64,000 bases of DNA from Takakia lepidozioides (GCA_030704615.1 CM060733.1:2666001-2730000); one strand, 5' to 3'; numbered from the stretch's first letter, positions 1-13,038 are shown. Notes: generated by a model from the letters alone, not told the origin. Program-made: numbers and translations.

Positions 1-823
1 GCGTCCCATGACAATGAACCAAACCCCACACTTGACTCTACTCTCCACTAGCTAGTTCGGCCGACTTCCTCCAAGTCCCGGTCAAGGGTGGAGCCTCTCA
101 AGCCCCACCCAGTGCACTCTTCTTGGCCTACTTCAAGGCCAAGGAACGATCCTCCCCGAAGATCGAATCACCTTACTACAACAACATTGCTTGTGTCCGC
201 TCATGATGCCGCTTTTGGCATCACCTTGAGCAAGGGTTCACCTTGACCCTTTTTTTACTAGGAAGATAACCTTGAACCAACTGTGCGCCCCAATCACTAC
301 AATTGGGTCCGCCTTGGAATCTGTCCTGAGGTACGGGAACACGCCGAAGTCGCACTACGACTTCGTCCCGAGGCTACACGATTATAGTACATGAATGGAG
401 CACGTAGCTTCCGCGTTAACCCGCACTACAAGGCAACCCCCTCGGTAGTGCAGTTATAGTACGTGCACGCGTCATGTGCGCACTAGCGCGTGAACTCCCA
501 AAGAAGGCGCAAGTTTCCTTGCCCCTTGGATGGGAGTCACCCGATTTCGGCACTGCGCAAACACACGATTAATCCGACATGACTGCAAATTTCATTAATA
601 TAAAAAATATATTTTTCCTGATTTTTGGAATCAGCCTATAAATCGGCGTGAAACCCGGAGTTCACTTCTGCGACTTGTATACTCCATCATTTATGCCAGC
701 GTGGCATAAAAACGACTGCAACAACTGACAAGTCGTCATTCACAACCTGGAGTTACACACGCAGTCGTTTCGGACAGAATCGCAACGCGAGTCAGGTGCG
801 AAAAGCACCCATTCCTTGTAGTG
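1..823. mobile_element. Probable right end of a CACTA-like DNA element abutting/interrupting the chromovirus LTR
   Basis: CCTTGTAGTG at 814-823 (reverse complement CACTACAAGG). The same 10-mer occurs forward at 424-433, but no 3-bp TSD flanks 424-823, so the left end is probably outside the window. Confidence 0.4.
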
Positions 824-1423
824 AAACAAGAGACCAGACTAGAGGTGCAAGACTAGATAGGAAGTCAAGGTCGGCGTGGCCGAATGCATGATGAGTAAAC
901 AGAAATCAAGATGATCTTTATAACAATGGAAAAGAGTACAAGATACTGGAACTAGACTTGAATACTGGAATGCTGGAAACTGGACTAGAGTGCCAGATAC
1001 TGGAAACTGGGCTAGAGTACTGGAAGCTGAACTGGAGTACTGGGACTGGAAACAAGAGTAGCTTGAACTTGTGTTGGCGAGACTGAAGAGTGTCCAGTCT
1101 CGCTTCTTATATATACTGGCTATTAGGAAGTTCCCTAGGAAGCTTCCCCAATGGAGGTTTCTTGATGGAGAAGTTTCGTTAAACAAAGCCTAAAGGAGGT
1201 ATCTCCATGGAGAAGTTTCCTCCAAAGGAAGCTTCCTGAGCAGTTTCCTAAATCCCAAGTTATTCTCAATAATTTGGTAAACTCCCGATAACTTGGTAAC
1301 TAATGGTAACTTATGGTAAATCATGATAAATCATGGTAAATTATGGTAGTTTTTGATAACATGGTAACTTGATAATTTCTGGTATTTACTCCTGGTAAGT
1401 TCTTCTGGGCTATGTCCGTGACA
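824..1423 (-). repeat. 3' LTR (partial) of the chromovirus
   Basis: Starts with TG directly after the PPT and contains short internal repeats (tactggaactggactagag, atggtaact). The distal boundary is inferred from the CACTA-like end at 823. Confidence 0.6.
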
Positions 1424-3665
1424 TCACCCCTTCTTCTAGCGCCGAGTTCCTCGAGGAGCGGTAAAATCTTGGACTTGCTTAGAGTTGGAGAAAATCTGAA
1501 ATCCGGCGAATGATACTTGTCAAGTATTCGGCTCTTCGTTCTTGATTCAAATGATTTATACGTCCCTGCAACCATCGATAGTGTCCAATACCTTGAACTT
1601 GGGACCACGCAGTGATTTGAGCATTCTGATTTTCAAAGCTGCCTTCAAACATGATTTCGTTGCCCTCTGGGTTCGAAGCCTCAACCTCACATAGGATTAT
1701 CAGACTTCGAGTAGGCTCCACTTGCCGTCGTACGGGGTCCAGACGAGGAAGTACGCGTTGCATTGGTGGCCCATCGTCTCGAGAGCGTCGGTGTGATGTT
1801 GAAGGTCGTGAGAGTCAGAACGGCTGATCTGGTAGTTGGGTAAGCGACAGCTCCAATGTATCTGATTCCTGTGACTCTGTGTTGCCAATACAAGATACAA
1901 TAGTGCTGAAAATGTAGCTATATATACTGATGGGTGGTGCTCATCTCTTCTTAGCGTGTATCAGGTATACTGAATGTGGAGTCTTCACCTTCAAGCTAAC
2001 TTGGTTGACATCGTCGTAGTAACGTTTTATTGACGTGTGGCTCGAGGCTTAACTGGATATCGTAGATGAAACTCTTAGACTTTGTTAGATGCGGATGACG
2101 GTTCCCACGTTCGTTCGCTGATGTCGTAGCCTTTCCAATGTACGAAATACTCAAGACGTTTATACTTGATCCGAGAGTCTAGGACTTCGTCGATTTCATA
2201 CTCGATTTCCTGATTGATTTCAATCGGTGGAGGTGGTATAGAAACTCGTCCGGAGATACTTGAATGATGATATACCTCTAATAATGAGACATGAAAGATT
2301 GGATGGATGCGCATACTTTGTGGGAGTTCAAGCCGAAAACTGACCGGATTTACTTGACGAATAATTTTGAATGGTCCTAGACGTTGATAATCCAACTTCC
2401 TTGATGGTTGTGAGGTTTGTATGTCTCGTCGAAGAAGCCATACATGATCTCCGACCTTGAACTGGGGGGTTGAAGTTGTCGATGTTGATCTGCATACTCA
2501 TTGTATTGTTTTTGAGCTTCTGCGAGGTGGAATGTAAGCTCATTGTGAATTGTAGCAAGATGAGTAGGAAGGTTTTCCGCAGCAGGGCTTCCAACAGTCT
2601 TCATGAGAAAGGATTTGCTCGAGGATGATGACCATAATTGGAGGAAAATGGTTTGTTGGGTCGAAGAATGTATAGTGTTGTTGTAGGCAAACTCAGCCAA
2701 TGGCAGAAGGTCCATCCAATTATCTTGGTGATAATTTATCGTACAGCGAAGATACTGCTCCAAAATCTGGTTTACGCGTTCGGTTTGACCATCGGTCTGT
2801 GGATGATTAGTTATAGAGAGGTTGATCTTAGTATCTAATATGTGAAATAATCCCCTCTTGAAATTTGATATAAACTGTGGTCATCGATCAGATACAATGT
2901 CCTTCGGGAGTCCATGAATACGGTGGATATTGTTGAGGAAGAGTTTTGCAATTTCCACGCCTCTAACCGTCTTATTACATGGAATGAAATGTGTCATCTT
3001 CGTAAAACGATCCACAATAACAAGGATTGAATCGGTGGTCTTGGAAATTGGAAGGTCCGTAATAAAGTCCATAGACACGGACGACCATGGACCCTTGGGG
3101 ATGGGTAATGGTTGAAGAAGACCATAAGGTCGATGTCGTGGTCCATTTGCTCTAACACACGTGTCGCAAGATTTTATAAATTCTTTTACGAGTTTCCACA
3201 TCTGTGGCCACCAATAGTCCCTGGATATCAATTCCATTGTTTTGTTGAAGCCGTAATGTCCTGCAGCCGGAAAATCATGACATGTTTGAAGAATTTGAAG
3301 TCGTATAGGTCTTGGAGGTACATGGAGAAGTCCCTTGAAGTAAAGTAAGCCATCTTTGAAATCAAAATCGTTTGTAATACATGGGTGGTCTTGAGGTTGA
3401 TTCGGTTGACTTCGAAGTGTTTTAGCAAATTGGTCGCTCTTCAGTGCTTCCTGAATCTCCTTTATGATCTCTACATCGTCATAGGTGGACATGGATAACA
3501 TATTCAATTGGAGATTTGTTGGTTTCAAGATGATGGATTTTTGTTGGTCGAAAACTGTGTCCGCTTCTTTTGGCGCAAGATACGATCGTCGAGAAAGAAC
3601 ATCTGGTTTTCCTTGAAGATGTCCGGGACGGTAGGTAATAACAAAATCAAACCTTGCTAGTGACA
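824..3665 (-). mobile_element. 5'-truncated Ty3/Gypsy chromovirus (RNase H end-integrase-chromodomain, PPT, partial 3' LTR)
   Basis: pol remnants at 2075-3666. On the minus strand the PPT AGAAGAAGGGGTGA (1424-1437) is immediately followed by TGTCACGG at 1423. Confidence 0.85.
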
Positions 3666-3666
3666 T
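2075..3666 (-). pseudogene. Ty3/Gypsy pol fragment: RNase H C-terminus, integrase (HHCC, DDE core), chromodomain; frameshifted
   Basis: FDFVITYRPG..DVLSR; HDFPAAGH..CDTC; SVSMDFITDLP..IVSDR; LPLAEFAYNN; GPFKII; EYEIDEVLDSR..YFVHWKGYDISERTWEP, spread over ORFs 2881-3666, 2377-2763 and 2075-2395. Confidence 0.92.
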
Positions 3667-3708
3667 ACTCCATCTCGCTTGACATCAACTCAAAACACGA
3701 GATGGCAG

Positions 3709-4608
3709 CAGGGCATCCTCAAGCGCTGGTCGCCTCCGGTGAGGTGGCGGTCAGGCGGCAGGGGGGTACCCGGAGGGGTGGGCGGGACGACCGCCACGTA
3801 CAGGTCGCAGGCGGGAGAAGAGGGCGACCGCCATGTGCCGTCGCCGGGAGGGAGAACAGGGCGACTGCCACGTATCGGTCACCAGCGGGAGAACATGATG
3901 ACCGCCACGTGCGGTCGCCTGGCGGGCCGCGGCTGCAATACGAGCACGTGAGCAGGGTGGGTGGCTGGTGGCACGGTGACTAGGCGGTGGGTGGCAGGGT
4001 GGCTGGGCAGGGTGGGTGACGTGGCGATTCCGGCGACCGCCACTGTGGCAGTCGCCTGTGTGCTGGGTGACGTGGCGATGGTGGCGACCGCCACTCTAGC
4101 GGTCGCCTGGAAGCACCCACCCCCACCCCCACCCCCCCCCCCCACGGCCAGGAGCGACATTGGACAACTAGTCTGGCGGTCCCGAGCCCCAAACGGCGAC
4201 CGCCACAGCGGTCGCCTCATGGGTACAAAAACAAAAGGAAACAAAAAGAAAAGGTGGGGACCACCAGTTTGGCGGTCCCGAATCCCCAATCGCCGACCGT
4301 CGAAGCGGTCGCCTCATGGGTAAAAAAACCAAGTGGAAACATTTTTAAAAAAAAGGTGCGGACCGCCAGTCTCGCAGTCTCGAGCCCCCAATAGGCGACC
4401 GCCACAGCGGTTGCCTCCTCGGTTAAAAAATAAAATAAAATAAACCTAAATAAAAGGAACCGCTGAATGGGTAAACAAATTTTAAGAAAGTTTCGCGGTC
4501 CCGACCCCCCAACCGGCGACCGCCACAACAATAGCCGCACGGGTACCAAAAAAAAGGAAAAAATAAAAAAACGATGGGGACCAGGAGCCGGGCGGTCCCG
4601 AGGCCCTG
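3709..4608. repeat. GC-rich tract with many GGCGACCGCC/GGCGGTCGCC motifs; possibly a non-autonomous DNA transposon (hAT-like CAGGGC...GCCCTG ends)
   Basis: The motif repeats in both orientations. The terminal match is only 6 bp and there is no clean TSD. Confidence 0.4.
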
Positions 4609-4619
4609 CTGGCAACTGC

Positions 4620-6108
4620 GTAGAAATTGATTGAAAGCGTGAACTCAAAGTTCGCTGTTCAAATGAATTTTTATTGCTTTCATTCTTTGCGAGTGTGTTG
4701 GACATATCTTGTCACATTTCCTCTCAAGTATTAGGTGAAGCAAATATTGAAAGGGTGAATCCATCGTGAACTATTCAAATGAATTTTGATTGCTTCGAAT
4801 CTTTGCGAGAGTGTTGGACATGCCTTCTCACAGGCTTCTCTCACGTATGAGGTCAATCAAAATTGGTTTAGAGGGTGAACCCATCGTTTGTTGTTCAAAT
4901 AATTTTTGATTGCTTCCAATCTTTGCAAGTGTGTTCGACATATCTTTTCACATGCTCCTCTCAAGTATGAAGTCAATCAAAATTGATTGAAAGGGTGAAC
5001 CTATCGTTCACTGTTCAAATGATTTTTGATTGCTTTCAAACATTGCGAGTGTGTTGGATATACCTTATCAGAGGTACGTGTCGAGTATCAGGTTAATCTA
5101 AATTGATTGAAAGGGTGAACCATTGTTGAAATGATTTTTGATTGCTTCCAATCTTTACGATTGTGTTGGACATACCTTCTCAGAGGTACATGTCGAATAT
5201 CAGGTTAATCGAAATTTATTGAAAGGGTGAACCCATCGTTCGCTGTTCAAATGATTTTTGATTGCTTCCAATCTTTGCGAGTGTGTTGGACATACATTGT
5301 CAGAGGTACGTGTCGAGTATCAGGTCAATCAAAATTGATTGAAGGGTAAACCCATCGTTCGCTGTTCAAATGATTTTTGATGGCTTCCAATCTTTGCGAG
5401 TGTGTTAGACATACCTTGTCAGAAGTACGTGTCGAGTATCAAGTCAATCGAAATTGATTGAAAAGGTGAACCCATTGTTCACTGATCAAATGATTTTTGA
5501 TTGCTTTCAAACATTGCGAGTGTGTTGCACATACCTTGTCAGAGTTACGTGTCGAGTATCAGGTCAATCAAAATTGATTGAAAGGGTGAACCTATCGTTC
5601 GATGTTCAAATGAATTTTTTTATTGCTTTCAATCTTTGCGAGTGTGTTCGACATACCTTTTCACATGCTCCTCTCAAGTATGAAGTCAATCAAAATTTGA
5701 TTGAAAGGGTGAACCTATCGTTTGATGTTCAAATGATTTTTAATTGCTTTCAAACATTGTGAGTGTGTTGGACATACCTTGTCAGAGGTACGTGTTGAGT
5801 ATTAGGAATATCGAAATTGATTCAAAGGATGAACCCATCGTTCGATGTTCAAATGAATTTTTGATTGCTTTCAAACATTGCGAGTGTGTTGGACATACTT
5901 TGTCAGAGGTACGTGTTGAGTATCACGAATATCGAAATTGATTCAAAGGGTGAACCCATTGTTCGATGTTCAAATGAATTTTTGATTGCTTTCAATCTTT
6001 GCAAGTGTGTTGGACATACCTTGTCACATGCTCCTCTCAAGTTGAGGTCAATCAAAATTGATTGAAAGGGTGAACCCATCGTTCGATGTTCAAATGATTT
6101 TTTGATTG
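4620..6108 (+). repeat. ~120-bp tandem satellite, ~12 units
   Basis: AAAGGGTGAACC..TTCAAATGATTTTTGATTGCTT..GAGTGTGTTGGACATACC recurs near 4989, 5109, 5221, 5341, 5460, 5580, 5703 etc. Confidence 0.95.
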
Positions 6109-6462
6109 TGTCAAGTTAAATAAGCACAGTGTGAAACTAACTAGAATAAAGCTAGTTATTTGTATTTAACACTTGGATTTAGGTCAAGTGTTAAATCAGG
6201 TGTCAAATTTAGTTTGACACCTGAACCGTCTTATCTTCACGAGAGCGTCAGTCGCGCAGCTCATCTCTCTCGAGTTGAGCCTGCGCGACCGAGCTCCTTC
6301 ATCGTTTAGAACTGAGTGTACTTATGATGGGAGGATAGGTTGTTGTGGGGTGAAGTCCCCATAGCTTGGGGTGCCCCTGGCTCGACTATTATCTGAAAGA
6401 GTGATGATGAGATGGATTTCATGTTTCTTGTGTTAAGAGTGTGTTCTTAGCTTTTCTTATCA
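6109..6462 (+). repeat. Terminal repeat A1 (right part of LTR)
   Basis: Direct repeat of 17695-18036 (TGTCAAGTTA...CTTATCA). Confidence 0.95.
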
Positions 6463-6476
6463 CTCGAGAGAGATGA
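6463..6476 (+). promoter_or_regulatory. Self-complementary primer-binding site
   Basis: CTCGAGAGAGATGA lies directly after A1 and is the exact reverse complement of 6261-6274 in A1. There is no TGG tRNA-type PBS. Confidence 0.8.
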
Positions 6477-7297
6477 CTCTATCTAGTTTTTCAGTGCTAA
6501 GCTAGATATTATGTTTTTGTTTTTTAAGCACTATTATAATATAGCTTGGTCACGGGGATCAGAACAAGAGGCTTGAGATGTTGCTGCGATTTCTGTCAAC
6601 CGGTGGTTATATCTAAGAGTGGGGTGTGTGGGCTGCGCTGCTGACTGCTTGGCTGGATGAGAATCGTGCACCGCCGTAGGCAGGGAAGGCGTCAGCTGAT
6701 CTGAAGAATCGAGGTGATTCTGCTACCCACACCAGCAAGAGAAATCTGGAGGATGGTACCGACCAGGCAGAGAATCTTGGCTCGATTATCCGACAGCAGG
6801 CTGAGAATATGAAAGAAGTTGTGTCAATTTGAGTGCTTTTGGGCAGTTGGGTGAGCGGAAGGTACTGGCCTTCACGGCCATCGGGTCTCACTGTGGGGTA
6901 GTGAAGCTGAGGGACGTGTGGATAGGCCTTTGAGCAGTGTTGCATTTCGTCAATTTTGGACATGCTGAGGCCAATGCTTTGCAGTTCGAATCCGGAGCGT
7001 TCTTCTTCAATGAGTGGTAGCTCGGCGTCCACAGCATGCTGCTCAAACAAAGAGTAGCCCATCCAGAATCACAGCATGTTGGAGAAGCTTGAGGAGTCGC
7101 GCCAGTGAAGCTACTGGCGAGGTGCGAGGTGTGTGTGGTGATCCGGTAACTGGCCCAGGCGTATGGAGAGGCTGCGGGGGCGTGGTGTCTGTGGCGCCGG
7201 GGGCCTTCTCGTTGAGGGCCTTCGCTGGGCTTTGTGTTGAGCAGGCCAGTGGGCTTGTTGGGGGAGAAGGATTATGTGGGCTGTGCATAAGGGGTAC

Positions 7298-7902
7298 TAG
7301 CTGGGCAGCAGTGAAAGTACCGTAGTAGATGGTATAAATGTTAAGAGTTCCATTTGTCCCTACAAGAACGGGCCCATCGTGATAAGGCACAACGATGGGG
7401 GTTGGGTTTACAAGGAACTTAGAATTCCCTATAGCTGTCGCAGTGGTCGGATGATTGTGCCGCCGGACTTTAGCAGCGTTCGCCACCTGTTGCGAAAGGG
7501 ATCAGCATCAACATTAGCCTTACCCATTTTCCTTACACCAAGCACCTGGTCGGAGTCCACCTCCGACTCGGGCAGTAGCGACCCAACATTCCCACGCCAA
7601 GGCCAGGAAACCACTGCGATGAAGAGGAAAGTGGACAACACCCCGATTACAATGTTCCGGTTCCGGATCGACGTTGAGAACGACCTATTCTGTATCTGTG
7701 CTAAGGCATCTTTCACAGACGACGGCTGAGCCCTGAGCTGAGCAGACGACGGACTCCCTTTCAACATGGAGTTCGATCTTTGCAACATGGGTGCTGCCTC
7801 CTTCAGTGTAGACGAAGACCTTTGAATCGCTGCCATCGACTCTCTTACGCTAGACGAACTCCTTTCCAACTGGGCCATATACAAGCTACAAGCCCGAGCC
7901 AA
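7298..7902 (-). pseudogene. Captured EXORDIUM/PHI-1-like gene fragment (N-terminal part), antisense in the retroelement leader
   Basis: KFLVNPTPIVVPYHDGPVLVG..LNIYTIYYGTFTAAQ resembles the PHI-1/EXORDIUM N-terminus. A hydrophobic anchor IVIGVLSTFLFIAVVSW lies upstream in another frame. Confidence 0.65.
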
Positions 7903-10107
7903 TGCCCGTCTTCACACACACAATGCAGGTAACGTTTGGCTTAGTTCAGCTCAAGTATTCTTCCACTTGATAAAACAAATGCGTTTTCAAGTTAGCGGAC
8001 TGTACAAATACTCCATGCTCCAAAGGTTCCCCTTCAACACACAGAGGGTCAGCTGCAACGACAATGTGATGGCCTATCCACCTTCCAACAGTCGATATGC
8101 CAACTGGGTCACATAAAATGTAACTTCACAGCACTCTCTGCAACCCTGGTTCTCCTTGACCTTCTCTGTTCCTCCCCAACAGCTCCCACAGCACCGTTAT
8201 GCCCTCTTCTACAACACAGAGCTACCACAAATCTGTCAGTAGCAGCAGTGAAGAGGAGGCCAGAGCCTCGTACCTTCTAATCTCGCTCCTATGAACTTCG
8301 TTCCTGCACTTGCGGAAAAGGGTGTCGCAGGGTTTATGATCAACTTTCTTATGGGTGGAGTCTTTGCAGCTGTGTCTAAGACTGCTGCGGCTCCCATTGA
8401 GTGAGTGAAGCTTCTCACCCAGAACCAAGATGAGATGCTGAAATCAGGTCGCCTTGCAGAGCAGTTCACCAGTGTTTGAAACACCTGTAGGTGAAATCCA
8501 GGGAATCTGTGAAAACTACATGGACGTGTTGGGAACTCGTAGGTGACTTGGGAACAGTTTTTAATGGCGAGAACGTTTTGGTGTTAAAAAAAAAAACCTT
8601 TTGATCTAATTTAAATGATTTAGAGCCTAATTGGTCATAACTTTGTCAAATGGACTCTGTTTGACTCAGTTTTTGGGGGGATAGCTGCAGAAAGGGGAAA
8701 TCTACTTATCTAGACCTGGTTTTTGTTTTTGGGACTCTGCTAAAAATCTATGGAATTTTTAGAGTGTGAGTGTGCCATGAAAGATCCACAATTATGTTTC
8801 TAGAACCTGTGCTGGTCTATATGAGAGACAAATCTGTGGATGTCCTCCTTTTTGGCTGGGGGAAATGAGGCCGTAATTGAAGGGCAGGTCTCTCTCTTAG
8901 CCTGTGCACACAAGGGGACAAGATTTATGTTTCCCAAGGAACTCAGACTGATTTGAGTGGAGAACAGTTGGACGAGTTGATTGCATACTGGGAGTCAGGC
9001 ATTAGCAGTGGACAACAAACTGCTGTAGTTGGCGTTGAGGGCCTCAATATTGCTTTGGACAGAACTCTGTTGGAGCCAGCAGTTCTGCAGCTGTAGGTGA
9101 AATACCAAAGTGGGTGAAAGCTAGGCTTGGAACACAGCCAAAGACAGCCCCGGGGACCAAGGTGTTCAGCCACAAGGCCGTGGTGTACTGGAGTAGAGGA
9201 GCAGAAGCTACACAAGTTTGTGCAATCAGACAGCGTTGCAGCCGGACACGCTCTGCACAAGGCAACCACGAGCGGGGGTTCATTAGCAAGGACAAGTTTG
9301 TTTTGTTTGAAGGAGATGCAGTCATTCGCAATGAGGACACCCGCAACCGTCTCAAAGCTTTCGAGTTGAGAGACTATCAGACCCTACTTTTGTTTTCTTT
9401 AGTGTTCAGTGAGCGGGAGATAGGAGTGTTGCTTTGTCTCTACCTGGCAGAAAGAGGAGGAGGGTTGGTTAGAGCGAGCTACTGTAGCTTGGGACAAGGT
9501 TAGTGGCAGGTTTCTGGACATAGATATACCTCCTACACCTTACCATCATGCAGAGCGAGGCACTTTGAGAGAAGTCTGGCAGTTGATAGCATAGATCAGG
9601 ATTAGATCTTGCTGGGTCGGGCTTCTATTCTTCCCCTCCATCTCTGTACTATTTTCATTACCTTGTACTTGTAGTTGCCAAAGCCTCTCTTGGTGGAGGC
9701 CAGTCAGTCCGGGTTTTGGGCTGGGATATTCTGCAGGATCAGCACTGCAGATGGATTTTGGTGTGGGGTGTTGATGTTTTGATTTCTTGTGTTTGGATCC
9801 CCCCCAACACCTGCATGCTTGACTGTGCGCCATGTTGGTTTTGTGTGGGCGCTTGCTTTCATAGGGATTAGGCCGGATTTGATCACCGGTCAATCCTAGA
9901 GTATGCTGTCGGTGGTGAGAGTGATGACCAGCAAGACCACCAGTGTTTCTTCTATGGTGAGGCTGGGTTGATGACCAGCCAACCATAGGAGTTCTTGCGG
10001 TGGATGCAGGTGCAGGTGCCCTGAGCCACTGGGATATGACCCTTAAACTGCAACAGGTGCCCACCCGTGTCACTATTAGAATTAGTACTAGAGCCTTATA
10101 GTGTCAC

Positions 10108-11648
10108 GTGGGGGAGGTGCACATTGTGAGTGTCATCACGGAGTTACCCAAGGGTTTTGAGGGGAGTACGGCTACAGGCAGTAACAGTGAGAGTGGGTTC
10201 ACAAGACGAGGTATTCGGTTCAGACCACCTTCACCTCCACCCTCAACTAGTGCAGAGTCAGACACAGACTCGGAGGCTTCATCAACAGGTGTGCAGTTTC
10301 ATTCGCCATTGTTGTGGGACGACATGGAGGAGATGTATGGAGCTACCAAGGGGCCTCGTAGGTACTCTGGAGCTGTGGGCACAATCGAGTTGGATGACTT
10401 TATCCAGGAGTTCGACAGCTGGTGTGATTTGCAGATGCGCAATCCACAGCTATTCACCCCATTCATGGCGTGGAAGGGACTGTTCAGCATTTGGAAGGCC
10501 CGCCTATGGACGATTACCACGAGTTCAGGCGAGGACATGAAGCAGAGATTGAGGAGTGGAGGATGTATTGGTCACCTGACTACGTCTCCATTACTCGAGG
10601 CACGACGCGACCAGTAGCTGCATCAGTACCAATATCTCCCACTGCCAGCACTAGTAGTGGAACAAGTAGTGCCGGTACTTCTGCAGGTGGTACCAGTTCA
10701 AAAGGTGCTACTACTCCTCCTGCCACGACTACAACACATGTGCCTAGATTCAACCCGGTGGTGGAGTTCTTCCAGGAGTTGCGGAGGAACTACCAAGGTG
10801 TACGGACAGAGAAGCTGCGAAGTTTGCAAGACTTCCAGCGCAAACCCAGTGAGAGCCTGCGAGAGGCGTACACTCGTATGAGGCGCTTGATAAGTGTGAC
10901 CCAAGGGGTTACTGAAGCTCAGGCAATCCAGTTTTGGTATGGAATTCTGGACAAGGAGCTCAAGAGAAGGGTGCGAGATGCAACCCTGTTACAAGCAGCC
11001 CAACCCACATTAGCAGATGTGTTTCTGCTGGCTGAGCGGATTGAGCTCAACATGGTGGAGGAGCGAGTTGTTACCATTGGATTTGGCAAGGACATGCCTG
11101 CACGAGGGCAGCTGCCAGCCCACAGGCAAAGGGACTGCCCAACAGCGTGGTCAGGGGGGCAAGGTTTCCCAACCCAAGTTCCATGGAGCTTACAGGGGAC
11201 CTCAGGTGCAGAGGCCCGTGGCATCTTTTGCAGGCCAACAGCAACCAGGGGTGATATGTTGGACATGTGGGGACCCCATGTCAAGAGAGATTGCCCAGAG
11301 AGTGGCAAAAGGCCGGCACAAGCACAGCCTGCACAGTTGCAGTGTGGGCATTGTGGCAAGTATGGGCATGGAGATGCCCAGTGTTATGACTTGCATCCTG
11401 AGTTGCGCCCAGGCCAGTTCCAAGGGAACAATGGTGGCCGGGGGCGAGGTGGACCAGCCCAGAGAGGACGAGGTGGCCGGGCACGAGGTGCAGGCCAAGG
11501 GCAAGCTCAACATGGCCAAGGACGCGGAGGTCAGGGTGTTGACCAAGGCATGGCCAACCGGCTTCAGCAGCTAGAGCAGAGGCTCGCTGCCATGGCTAGC
11601 TCAGGCGGTACCGGCTCCCAGGCGGGATGGTCCACCTCCTGCTCCTGA
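10108..11648 (+). pseudogene. gag (frameshifted) with two CCHC zinc knuckles
   Basis: FQELRRNY..LQDFQRKPSESLREAYTRMRRL capsid-like motif; CWTCGD(P)HVKRDC (frameshifted) and CGHCGKYGHGDAQC. Confidence 0.85.
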
Positions 11649-12319
11649 GGGAGGAGATATGGGAGGCATGGGATTCATGTGCGGAGCAGCACTACCACTA
11701 GTGCAGGTGGAGTCTGCTGCAGCCGTGACTCGAGAGCAGCACGAGTTCCTGAGCCACGAGGTGCAGAGGTGGAATTGGATCCACAGCGTGGGGAGGCAAG
11801 CCGTCAGGCGAGGCTTCCTCAGTCATTCACATTGGCGGAGACAGTGTCGACGCCATCCATGGCACCTAGTTCTCGCCCGACTGTTACCGAGGGCGGGTTA
11901 CTATGCCATTGGGGAGAGCTACACGTGCAGCACTGACACCTGCTACCAAGGCTAGTGCAGCCGGTGTGTTGTTGGGGGCAGCCACCTCTGTGTGTCAAGC
12001 CCCACTGTTCTCGGCAACCATGATTGCGACGCCGGGGGTAAGACCAGCTGCAGTGTTCAGACTAGCAGCAACACTCTGTGAGAGTGGGGAGGTCACTTCA
12101 TCTTCTGCGGAGTTAGTGGAAGGTGTAGTGGCAGAGGGATCCTCGGATTTGGGTCAAGACTGCCACGGCTGCGCCATGGCAAGCTGCAGCTGCCAGGTTG
12201 ACGGAGCTGCCAGCTAGGCCAGCCTTTGAGCGCGCCATGGTGACACCTGGAGTTGTCTTGTTAGACAACCAGGATGGCATTTTCACTTTGAGTGGACCGG
12301 CAGGCAAGAGTACCGGCCA

Positions 12320-12700
12320 CTGCGGGTCTTGTTGGACTCGGGAGCTCAGCCACTGATGTTGGGCAGAGCTGCTATTGCAGGTTTGGGCCTCATGGAGGCG
12401 GATATGGAGCCTTGTCCTTTCCAGATACAGACATCTCTGGGAGGATCAGAGCAGGCTCGGGGCATGACACGGCGTGAGTTGGCCATTAGACTGCAGCCGG
12501 ATCATCCTATAGATGGCTCAGTGATGCGAGCCAAGGCCATTGTGACAGACGCGGTCTCTTACGATGTCCTCGTTGGTGGGGCAGTGTTATACCCCATGGG
12601 CTTCACCCTGGATTTTTGGGAGGAGTCAGCATCCTACAGGCCTGGATGGCAGTCAGGGGATGGTCGTCGTGCACAGCTCCCTGTGACATTCATTGGGGTA
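12320..12700 (+). pseudogene. Retroviral-type aspartic protease
   Basis: LLDSGAQPLMLG active site and YDVLVGG motif. Confidence 0.85.
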
Positions 12701-13038
12701 TTGCGGCTGCCCAGCGGGGCAAGATGCCAACACTAGCCGCCTTTACAGCTGCAGTTAGTTGGCCTGGAGAGTTGCTGGAAGGCAATGCCCATGCAGAGGA
12801 TGTGCCACCTCCAGCAGAGCAGGATGACATGCATGGTACGGCGGAGTTGCCTGCCATGGTTGCTCACACTCCATTGTGGGGTACGAGCAAGGATTTGCAG
12901 CAGGCTGCTGATGGACGGGTGCAACAAGCCTGGGTAGAGGCCTTCGTACCGTCAGGAGAGAGGAGAGTGCGGTGATTGCACCAGGACCACCTCAGTTGTC
13001 GCCATTGGATACCACACTCTTGTGTGGCAGTGCCGGAT

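Noticed and set aside
424-823. Complete 400-bp CACTA MITE
   Set aside because: The 10-bp inverted match is present, but the flanks (CCG / AAA) are not a TSD.
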